Shown: positions 18,053-25,709 of the stretch, one piece after another
Layout: every line of letters begins with the position of its first letter
Position numbering within the stretch: position 1 is the first letter of the stretch
Source of the DNA: Bdellovibrionia bacterium
GTDB lineage: Bacteria; Bdellovibrionota; UBA1018
Direction of reading: 5' to 3'
DNA: 31,622 bases
Assembly: GCA_045805065.1 (NCBI GenBank)
Contig: JBJMMA010000212.1
Coordinates: 1-31,622 of the forward strand
Program-made: the position numbers and the translations under genes
The notes under the pieces: model-generated
Database searches by the model: none
Told to the model about the DNA's origin: nothing
The model's input: only the letters and a program-made list of their open reading frames with translations

Positions 18053-20080
18053 TCAGGCAGCCTGACGTAAAGACTGGAATTTGCCTTGTGAAATCAATGC
18101 TTGGCGACGAACCATGGGGTCCGAGTGGGTCACTAAAGATGTGATTTTCTTGAGAAGCATGGAAAAGCCCCGGTGTGTCTCAAGCAACATGGGGTTGGCG
18201 GACTTATGGTACTCGGCAAGAATTCCCACCGCATAGGCACCGCTGGCCTGAAACCGAGGACTAGGGGAGTCCAGCATTGCAGCAAGGCCTGAAATGACAT
18301 CGCGACCCAAGTCGATCATGCCCATTTTGATGAGCGTATTGGCAACAACGCGATTATCCGGGTGCTTGAGCAGCTTGATAAGCGCATCACTGAAGTGTTC
18401 TGGCTCAAAATGGACCAGGGCTTCGACTGCGTTGGCGACAGTGCGCCTGTCTGCGCAGTTCAAGCACTGCTCAAAAACTGCCTTGAGATGAGACTCGTAT
18501 CTATCGCCGGGAACAAGATTTCTGCCAAGGCTGATGGTACAGCTGAGGACGGGACTCGAGTCGCCTGCGGACTTTAAAAGAGACTTAAGAAGATGAACAT
18601 AGCTCTGAATGAGCTTTGGATCATCAAAGGGGTGCGAAATCTGCCGGACAAATCTGAGCAGGCTCATTGCGACGCTCTCCGGAGCATGCAGGGCAGCGTT
18701 GAGAATTCTGATCACATGGTCTGAGCCGCGAAAGTAAGCGAGTGAGCCTTTTTTCTCAGAATCCGGGTCAGACAGGATTTGGTCGATCGAGTGAAAATGC
18801 GTGATGCGATGAAGTTCCGTCTCGCCGGGGATGCCTTTCAGGACGACGGTCTTTCTGGATTCTGTTTCACAAACGGGAGTCATGCGATGATGAATGCGAG
18901 CGGGAAGATAGACACAGTTCTCAGATTTCTCATCCACCTGAGAAAGGATTCGAACGGTCTCGACAAAGGCGCCACCTGATAGGGAGAAGCCATTGACGTG
19001 CGGGCCAAACCTCAAGCTGCCGGAAGCCATCGCTGACTTGACAGTGAAGGGATAACCCGACTCGGGCTGGGTTTTTGCGTGAATCGAGGCGGCAATCTCA
19101 TTGATATCGCGCACCGCTGCTGCGGCGACTGCGGCGGAGTTTTCATGGTCATCGTCTTTGAAATAATAGATAATTTCATCGCCAACAAAATCAGTGACGT
19201 ATCCATTATACCGAGCAATCACCTTGCTTGCGCGGGAGAAGAACTCATTGATCACGCTCATGAACTCTTCCACCGGTTGCTCCGAGTAAATGGTGGAATA
19301 CTGGTTGATATCCGTCCGCACCATTGTGCAGCGAAACTGGTAAGGCGGCGTGCGACCTGAGTCCAGCTCCGTGCGCAGCGCGGACGCAATGTGGCGGCTG
19401 AGCAGGCCCTGCTTCAGCTTAAGCTCCAAGACATTCATCTCATACGTCCTGATTCCCTGAAGCATCACGTTTGCTTCAGCGATGCCAGGCTTCAGGTTTT
19501 TCAACCTCGCTTTTCCAGGCGTACTGAGAGCCTTGATGAGGGTTCGGATGTCATTGAAGTAAAAGAAAGCGATCGCAGAGGCCATGAGGACAACGAGCGC
19601 GATATCAAAGATCAGAGTAAAGCGTTCCTTCTGAATGATCCGCTTGATATACTCGGCTTTACGTGGCGAGAGGCCGATCGCAAGCTGGTAATGGCCATAT
19701 CGAAATGCGACATGAGGAAAGTTACCATCAAACGCCCGATCCAGTGGCGCCTGGCTTGAGACGTTCTCAAGCACGGATTCCAACGGGACGCGAGCGGACG
19801 CAAATGAGATGACCTGCTCATCTTTTTTGATGAAATAGTAATCAATCTCGTGACGCGATACCGATTCCTTGAGTCGCTTCTCAAGATAAAGCGTTTCCTC
19901 GTGCTGGAGCAAAACCTTTCCCAGGCCCGCAAGATTGATCACTTCCGTCATCCGGTCGCGCTGGAAATCCTCGTAATAGACAAGGTTTGCAACGACGAAA
20001 TGGCCGATGTCCAGGACAGCGTATCCCAGCAAAAAGGTGATGCTGACGGAAAGTAGAAAGGATCGCCTGAAGAAATTCAT
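18053..20080 (-). CDS. Membrane-anchored class III nucleotide cyclase-domain protein with C-terminal HEAT-like repeats
   Basis: Two TM helices flanking a periplasmic domain; RTDINQYS and DFVGDEII metal-binding Asp motifs; VVLKGIPG; HEAT-like DRRTVANAVEAL, DNRVVANTLIKM, SPRFQASGAYAVG, DPMVRRQA. Confidence 0.8.
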   Translation of the reverse strand: MNFFRRSFLLSVSITFLLGYAVLDIGHFVVANLVYYEDFQRDRMTEVINLAGLGKVLLQHEETLYLEKRLKESVSRHEIDYYFIKKDEQVISFASARVPLESVLENVSSQAPLDRAFDGNFPHVAFRYGHYQLAIGLSPRKAEYIKRIIQKERFTLIFDIALVVLMASAIAFFYFNDIRTLIKALSTPGKARLKNLKPGIAEANVMLQGIRTYEMNVLELKLKQGLLSRHIASALRTELDSGRTPPYQFRCTMVRTDINQYSTIYSEQPVEEFMSVINEFFSRASKVIARYNGYVTDFVGDEIIYYFKDDDHENSAAVAAAAVRDINEIAASIHAKTQPESGYPFTVKSAMASGSLRFGPHVNGFSLSGGAFVETVRILSQVDEKSENCVYLPARIHHRMTPVCETESRKTVVLKGIPGETELHRITHFHSIDQILSDPDSEKKGSLAYFRGSDHVIRILNAALHAPESVAMSLLRFVRQISHPFDDPKLIQSYVHLLKSLLKSAGDSSPVLSCTISLGRNLVPGDRYESHLKAVFEQCLNCADRRTVANAVEALVHFEPEHFSDALIKLLKHPDNRVVANTLIKMGMIDLGRDVISGLAAMLDSPSPRFQASGAYAVGILAEYHKSANPMLLETHRGFSMLLKKITSLVTHSDPMVRRQALISQGKFQSLRQAA

Positions 20081-23000
20081 AGATCAGGTAAGCCTTTAAA
20101 CACTCCTGCCGTTTTGTCGTACCAGATCTTGACCTTTGGAGATTTTGATCCATAGGCACGGCCTTCATCGTCCTTTGCCTCGATCAGATCTGAGGCAAGT
20201 TCACTTGAAAGCGATCCACTTTTCAATCTTTCCAAGGCATCCTTGGGTTGATCTCTGAAATGCTTGAGGAGCTGATGCTGAAGATGGTTGAGTACTTCAG
20301 CTTGACTCGTGACTTTCTCGCTTCCGCTGGGTCCTGTTTTTCCAGAAGACGATGCTGTTGTGCCTTGCGATTTTTTGGAAGAGGATTCTCTTCCCGCTTT
20401 TGAGGCAGCCTCAGTCGAAGACGGTGAGCGCCCTGCTTCTCGATCGGAGCCTGTGCGATCATCGCTTGCAACCTTATTAGCCGCAGACGCAGCTTGGCCT
20501 TGAGATTGCCCTTTCGCAGCAGAAGATGCGGTTTTCGCAGACCCTGAATCACGTTGAGCCGATGCGCTAGAATTCGTCATCCCCGCATTCAGGGCGGTTA
20601 CGACTTCAAGGTCTCCTGCAATCGTTGCCCGATTGGAAAGTGCCGCGGGAGCCTGGACAGCAAGTGCAGAAGTGTCGGCTTCTGATCGAGTCTCTGCTTG
20701 AGCTCTTGGAACAGCCATATCGGCAAGTACGCGGCCTGCATCCTGAAGGACTTTTCTTGCGGGAGCCGGTTGCTGCGAGAGCTCGCCTTTCAGTTGATCT
20801 TCAAAGCCCGCACCGGGATCATAGCTATAAACGGGACCCGAGCTCGATGCAGGTGAGCGATGCGCAGAACGATGTCCTCCGTGGGAGGGAGTGCCTGAGG
20901 AGGGAGTAGTGGAACGAGCGAGAGACGATCCGTCTGAGCGCGAGGAAGTCTGATCTCCGATGCTGATGCTGGGCGGCTTCTTACCGTCATCTTCAGAGGA
21001 TTTTCCAGCAACATCCTTTGCCTCTTTCTGGGCAGGAGATGATAACGCTTTGCTGCGAGCATTGGTTACGTCCCCTGCTTTCTTGGCCTGGTCATAATTT
21101 GCGTAAATCGTTGAGCCTTCATCAATTGCATTGAAAAGGCAGGTCAGGTCGTTGCCGGGTACACCGATCTGTTTGGAAGTATCCTGGGTTTTGCAACCCC
21201 TTCTAAAGGAATTTTCAAAGACTTCTGTGACCTTATCGTTCAGTTTCTTACACGCATTATGTTTTCCGTCCTCTAATTCTGAATGAGTAAAGTAAGCCGG
21301 GCAAACGCGCCTGAAAAAATGACTCAGACTGTGCGACTGGTTATAGAACTTGTCCTTGCTTTTCTCAGCGCAGGATTCTTTGCTTTCACCCTTTGCAAGG
21401 CATCCATTATATTCTTCGCGGAGAGTTTTGGTGTTCTCCGAAAGATACTTAATCATCTGGTACAGGATCGTTTGTGCTCGTTCATCACGATCACCCACGT
21501 TAATTTTATCCTTCATTTTACTATAGAGTGGCGCGAGTTCTGGAATCTGGTGGATAAATGCGGTTAGGAAGGAATCGGTGAGTTTATCCTGTTCGGTGAG
21601 ACCAGTTGAGGTTTCAAGCTCTTTTGGACTGTCGAGGAGCTGTCCTTGGTCGCCAGCATTTGCGAGAAGCTCATTTTTCTTCGCTTCTACTGCCAACAAA
21701 CAGGACCGCTCAAGAGAATTAGCTTTGGAGGGATCACAGACTTTAGTGAGGTTTCTCTGAAGGATGCTTTTTCCATCCGCTGCCAAATCGTTGCAGATCT
21801 CCAACGCTTTCTGCCGTTTCTGGTCTCCGAATTTTTTAGGGCAAGAGCTACTGAAGTACTTGTCGATGGTGTCATTCAGTTCTGTCGTGAAATTCTGAGT
21901 GCAACTTTCCGTGTTTTCTTTATGAGAGCTCAGGCACTTCCCAAAAGTGTTTGCTGCCTTGCCGCGCTGAGAATTCAGAAGCTCGAAGAAGTCATCATAG
22001 ATGACGCCTGCCCGCTCTTCATCGGCCGACTTTTCAACTTTGAGCCAGAAATCCTTGAAGCCGTCGAGCATCTGCACTGACGCCGTCAAGCGAGCGTTGC
22101 GCTCGTTTGTTTTTAGAATGCTCTCATCGACTTTACCGCAGGCCTTGGCGTCTCCTGTGGGCGATTCCATTCCGCAGCAGGAAACGATGTTTGCCGTAAG
22201 TTTCTCATCTTCGATTCCTGCGCGATGGAGGCTTTCGTGAAAAAAGGTATCAGCATAATAAGCTTCCGCACTTGGCTCGAGGTTCTTTTTCGACGCGTAG
22301 GCCCAAGGCAGGTTCAAATTGGTGATGCTTGCATCGGCGTTTTCGCTCTCAGTGAATTCGCCGCGTGTGCCGTTGCTTTTATTTTCGCAAACCACGCTGG
22401 GTTTTCCCGCTGGTTTAAGGCTATCGCTAAAATAGGTCTTCAGATGGCCGGCGACTTCCAAGAGCTTATGATCATTGAGACAAGCCAGAAATTTCCCGCT
22501 TTTGGAGTTCGTAGAGTCGCGAGAAGCAATGACCTGCGATACGCCCGCAACAATCGATTGGTATTCAGCAAGAAAGGGATCTTTCTGACAGCTTGAATCC
22601 AGGCAACGTGTCGCGACATTATGGGGAGTGTCCAGGAGTGCATCGATGACGGGATCGATTCCAGCTTTATTGATCAAGGACTGCTGCGGCATTCTGCAGA
22701 CCGCAACTCCGCCAAGGTCAATATCCTGTTGAAACACGCGATACTTTCTCAAGTTCTGACGTACAGGGATGTAATGTGTTTCATCGGATGCGAGCACAAA
22801 GTCCGCAGTGCGAAGCCCATCTTTTTCGCGGCGCTTGATCTTGAGTTTCAGAAATTTGCCGTGATACGGAAGCGTGTAGGTGACTTGAAGCTTGGGGTCG
22901 GAGAACTCGAGGATCTCCGTAGCGCCAGTGTTGGGGTTCAGGATTCTCAGCTCATGGTATTGGTCATGCGCGATTTGAACCGAGTCGATTCGCGCGTGAT

Positions 23001-23160
23001 GCTCGTCAATCTGCTCGCCGGAGACCGAGATGATCCCAGCGCTGCCTAAGAACTCCCGGTAAATATCCTGGCTCGACCAGACAGGCCTTGGCAGGACAAG
23101 AAGAACTGCGAGTGCTGAGAGAAGTTTTTCAAACGTTCTGCGTGGTTTTTTGGTCATCAC
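20077..23160 (-). CDS. Large secreted Cys-rich hypothetical protein with HExxH motif, tandem 6-Cys repeats and Ser/Ala-rich linker
   Basis: 1027-aa ORF; signal peptide; FFHESLHRAG; internal duplication; stop overlaps the cyclase start (ATGA). Confidence 0.85.
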   Translation of the reverse strand: MMTKKPRRTFEKLLSALAVLLVLPRPVWSSQDIYREFLGSAGIISVSGEQIDEHHARIDSVQIAHDQYHELRILNPNTGATEILEFSDPKLQVTYTLPYHGKFLKLKIKRREKDGLRTADFVLASDETHYIPVRQNLRKYRVFQQDIDLGGVAVCRMPQQSLINKAGIDPVIDALLDTPHNVATRCLDSSCQKDPFLAEYQSIVAGVSQVIASRDSTNSKSGKFLACLNDHKLLEVAGHLKTYFSDSLKPAGKPSVVCENKSNGTRGEFTESENADASITNLNLPWAYASKKNLEPSAEAYYADTFFHESLHRAGIEDEKLTANIVSCCGMESPTGDAKACGKVDESILKTNERNARLTASVQMLDGFKDFWLKVEKSADEERAGVIYDDFFELLNSQRGKAANTFGKCLSSHKENTESCTQNFTTELNDTIDKYFSSSCPKKFGDQKRQKALEICNDLAADGKSILQRNLTKVCDPSKANSLERSCLLAVEAKKNELLANAGDQGQLLDSPKELETSTGLTEQDKLTDSFLTAFIHQIPELAPLYSKMKDKINVGDRDERAQTILYQMIKYLSENTKTLREEYNGCLAKGESKESCAEKSKDKFYNQSHSLSHFFRRVCPAYFTHSELEDGKHNACKKLNDKVTEVFENSFRRGCKTQDTSKQIGVPGNDLTCLFNAIDEGSTIYANYDQAKKAGDVTNARSKALSSPAQKEAKDVAGKSSEDDGKKPPSISIGDQTSSRSDGSSLARSTTPSSGTPSHGGHRSAHRSPASSSGPVYSYDPGAGFEDQLKGELSQQPAPARKVLQDAGRVLADMAVPRAQAETRSEADTSALAVQAPAALSNRATIAGDLEVVTALNAGMTNSSASAQRDSGSAKTASSAAKGQSQGQAASAANKVASDDRTGSDREAGRSPSSTEAASKAGRESSSKKSQGTTASSSGKTGPSGSEKVTSQAEVLNHLQHQLLKHFRDQPKDALERLKSGSLSSELASDLIEAKDDEGRAYGSKSPKVKIWYDKTAGVFKGLPDL

Positions 23161-23181
23161 GATACACCATTCCCACTTCTC

Positions 23182-23209
23182 GTTTCGGCACTTTTACCGA
23201 AAAAGTTGA
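23182..23209 (-). promoter_or_regulatory. Putative sigma28-type promoter
   Basis: Minus strand TCAA-N16-GCCGAAAC, 21 nt before the start codon. Confidence 0.45.
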
Positions 23210-23230
23210 GTGAAAACGCGGTGTAAGGTG

Positions 23231-23265
23231 AAAAAGAAAAGGCTCAGATTATGAAAACCTGAGCC
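23231..23265 (-). terminator. Rho-independent terminator after the OMP gene
   Basis: Minus-strand RNA GGCUCAGGUU-UUCAU-AAUCUGAGCC-UUUUCUUUUU: 10-bp stem plus U-tract, 11 nt after the stop. Confidence 0.85.
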
Positions 23266-23276
23266 ATATCAGATAA

Positions 23277-24176
23277 TTAGAGAACAGTTGCGCTGACAAC
23301 CGCGCCCAGAGCCATTCGGTCGGAAGTGATCTTCTGACCAGTGAAAATCTGGACGTAAGGATTGACCATCATCTTTGAATTAATGAACCACACGACACCT
23401 GGTTGGATGTCCGTCTCATAGGTCGTGAAGTTGAAGAAGCGGTCATTCTTCATGTGGTCCGTCTCAAACTCATATTGGAGATTCAAAGACAGGGACTTGG
23501 TCAGAGAATAGTTGATATAAGGCAGGGCAAGAAGCTTGAGAGTCTTGCCGTAATCAACACCTGAATACCACTTCACTTCGTTCCAGGATCCGATCGTGAA
23601 GCGAGTGCCTGGAATGGAGTAGCGGATGGCGGGAGTGGACTTCACGCCGAAGTCCATGCCGCGATCCTGGCTGGCTTGCGAGGTTGGAGCCTGAAGATAA
23701 AGGCTGCCGAAGATTTTCACGCCGTTGATGTTGAAGAGATTTTTAGTGACGGCCTTAATTCCCAAGTCACCCAAGGTCACGCCTTGTCCTTGAACCGGAG
23801 TCAAAATGAAGGGGATTGCAGCGCCAAAACCGAGATCTGGCGAAACCATGTAGGCTGCAGTGACATCGCTATCAAAGTTAATCGCGTTGAACGAATTCTT
23901 GGAGTTCTTTCCGTTGTGGTCGAGCGTGTAAGGAGAATCGAGTTTGTTCAGTGGCGTGCCGTGAACCGTGGCGAAATAGTTCACGTAAAGGTTCTTTACG
24001 ATGTCAGCGTAAGAGCTGGATTGCACACTCTCAGTCGAGACGCCTGTAGCAGGAGCAGTGGGAGCTGCCGCAGTGGTCTCCGATGCCTGAGCGGTTCCAG
24101 CTGGGGTTGTCAGCGCCAGTATCGCTGCCGTCAGGGTGAACGCTGCAGAATAAACCTTAAACAAGCTCGACAACAT
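23277..24176 (-). CDS. Secreted, probable outer-membrane beta-barrel protein
   Basis: Signal peptide (AQA), Ala/Thr linker, then amphipathic aromatic-rich strands (PYINYSL, LSLNLQYEFE, VNPYVQIF, LGAVVSATVL). Start ATG 24176 with GGAG SD. Confidence 0.7.
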   Translation of the reverse strand: MLSSLFKVYSAAFTLTAAILALTTPAGTAQASETTAAAPTAPATGVSTESVQSSSYADIVKNLYVNYFATVHGTPLNKLDSPYTLDHNGKNSKNSFNAINFDSDVTAAYMVSPDLGFGAAIPFILTPVQGQGVTLGDLGIKAVTKNLFNINGVKIFGSLYLQAPTSQASQDRGMDFGVKSTPAIRYSIPGTRFTIGSWNEVKWYSGVDYGKTLKLLALPYINYSLTKSLSLNLQYEFETDHMKNDRFFNFTTYETDIQPGVVWFINSKMMVNPYVQIFTGQKITSDRMALGAVVSATVL

Positions 24177-24289
24177 GCTCGACTCCAATCCAGAAGGGGT
24201 TGAGTTTTTACACAATCGCTAGAAAGCGACCGCCTTTTCCCATGATTGGGCGCGAAAAAAAAGGAAAATAGTGTTAGGATTTAGTCAGG

Positions 24290-24658
24290 ATGACACCAGA
24301 AACAAGAAAAGGTCCTGTAATCATTGATATTTTAAAGGCACGTTGCCCGGTTTGCAGGACAGGAAAAATTACCCAAAATCTGTTTAAATTGAACCAGAAG
24401 TGTCCGGTTTGCGGTCATAACTTCTACCCGGAACCCGGCTATTACCTGGGCGCCATGATGGTGTCTTTCCTGGTTACGGCCATGCTCACGGTACCTGTCG
24501 TAATCGTATTGAAGTTTGCTGGCGCTGAGGTGCCTGTCCTTGTGCTGACTCCTTTTGCGGAGTTTGCGATCTTAGGACCGATCCTTCTCTATTATGCCCG
24601 GATCATCTGGCTCTATCTTGAGCACTCGATGACGAACCGTTTGGGCGATCGCCGTTAA
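24290..24658 (+). CDS. DUF983-family protein (Zn-ribbon plus 2 TM)
   Basis: RCPVCRTGK...CPVCG...EPGYYLGAMMVS followed by two TM helices. Confidence 0.85.
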   Translation: MTPETRKGPVIIDILKARCPVCRTGKITQNLFKLNQKCPVCGHNFYPEPGYYLGAMMVSFLVTAMLTVPVVIVLKFAGAEVPVLVLTPFAEFAILGPILLYYARIIWLYLEHSMTNRLGDRR

Positions 24659-24667
24659 GCCAGGACT

Positions 24668-25030
24668 TCAGCCTTTGGACTGGATACCTTCTTTGGTGAG
24701 GGCGGCACGAACGATCTCGCGCTTATCTCCTTGGATTTCAATCACCCCATCCTTGCCATCCATGAGGTAAGTGCCGCCTGAGCCGCACTTCTTTTTCAAA
24801 GTGGTGGTGAGATTTTTAAGAAAGAGCTCGTTCTTTGGCAGTCGATCAATCACGGTGACCGTTTTTCCGCCGCGTCCTTGTTTTTCGATTCGCAGGACAG
24901 CGATAAATTTATATCCCTTGGGATCCACCTCGGGCGCGCAGGTGCATTCGCTCACCAGCTCTTTGCACTTTGGGCATTTCTGGTTCAACGCTGGATCAGT
25001 CGAATAAACAAGGCGTGTGTCTTTGCTCAT
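24668..25030 (-). CDS. yciH: Translation initiation factor SUI1/eIF1 homolog
   Basis: LVYSTD, EKQGRGGKTVTVI, LKKKCGSGGT...DGVIEIQGDKR. Confidence 0.92.
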   Translation of the reverse strand: MSKDTRLVYSTDPALNQKCPKCKELVSECTCAPEVDPKGYKFIAVLRIEKQGRGGKTVTVIDRLPKNELFLKNLTTTLKKKCGSGGTYLMDGKDGVIEIQGDKREIVRAALTKEGIQSKG

Positions 25031-25074
25031 GGTTACGATCCAGTGTTACCGTAAAATATCCTGATTCGCTAGAC

Positions 25075-25638
25075 TCAACCCACGGGGGCGTTTCTCGAGG
25101 GGAATTTTTCCATGATCTTGTCGACAGATTCCTGAACCTGTTTTTGCGTTACGCCCGTGTCTTTGATATCTGTGACCGCGACTCCTCTCCAGAGAAGGTT
25201 TCCGGTTTTGGCGTCGATAAAATCGAGAACCAAAGACCCTTCTTTTTGAATGGAGGCGGTGTCGTATCCCATGCCGTCCGACCACGAACTTCCGTAGGGT
25301 CCCATATAGCCCGGCTGGACCTGCAATTGATCACGAGTCCGTAAAGAGTAGGCCAGGTGGATATCCGCATTCTCAGGATTTTGAACGTAACCTTTCTGCG
25401 AGAGATCCTGATCTACGGCAGTCTTGATTTTTTGATCCAGAATAGTGTCTTTTCGACCGCTCAAACCATTCGATTGCTCTTGCTGGTGGGGCGGCGCCCA
25501 GGCAAATCGTTGATACTGGGCTAGGTCGGCATTTGCCGCTTTCTCAGTATGCACTTCGGTGCTCGAGCAGCCTAACAGTCCGAGCGCGGGCGACGTTGTC
25601 AAAAGACACAACACGAACAAGGCAGAACTCTTTCTCAT
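25075..25638 (-). CDS. DUF4136-family lipoprotein
   Basis: Lipobox LLGC; YQRFAW, LSQKGY, EGSLVLDFIDAKTGNLLWRG, IMEKFP. Start ATG 25638. Confidence 0.88.
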   Translation of the reverse strand: MRKSSALFVLCLLTTSPALGLLGCSSTEVHTEKAANADLAQYQRFAWAPPHQQEQSNGLSGRKDTILDQKIKTAVDQDLSQKGYVQNPENADIHLAYSLRTRDQLQVQPGYMGPYGSSWSDGMGYDTASIQKEGSLVLDFIDAKTGNLLWRGVAVTDIKDTGVTQKQVQESVDKIMEKFPSRNAPVG

Positions 25639-25653
25639 AATGATGTGGAGTGA

Positions 25654-25669
25654 TGCAGATTTTAAACCA
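25654..25669 (-). promoter_or_regulatory. Putative sigma54-like promoter (weak)
   Basis: Minus strand TGGTTTAAAATCTGCA = GG-N10-GC; could instead be a sigma70 -10 (TAAAAT). Confidence 0.3.
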
Positions 25670-25679
25670 TGCTCCAAAC

Positions 25680-25695
25680 AGGCGCATCTCTTGCT
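25680..25695 (+). promoter_or_regulatory. Putative sigma54 -24/-12 promoter of polX
   Basis: AGGCGCATCTCTTGCT versus TGGCAC-N5-TTGCW; predicted +1 near 25706, ATG at 25710. Confidence 0.55.
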
Positions 25696-25709
25696 GCGTG
25701 TAGAGAGTT

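Noticed and set aside
18053..20080. Cyclase as a Pycsar/CBASS-type anti-phage system
   Set aside because: Receptor-like 2-TM architecture, no adjacent cNMP-binding TIR/TM effector, and no defence-island context.
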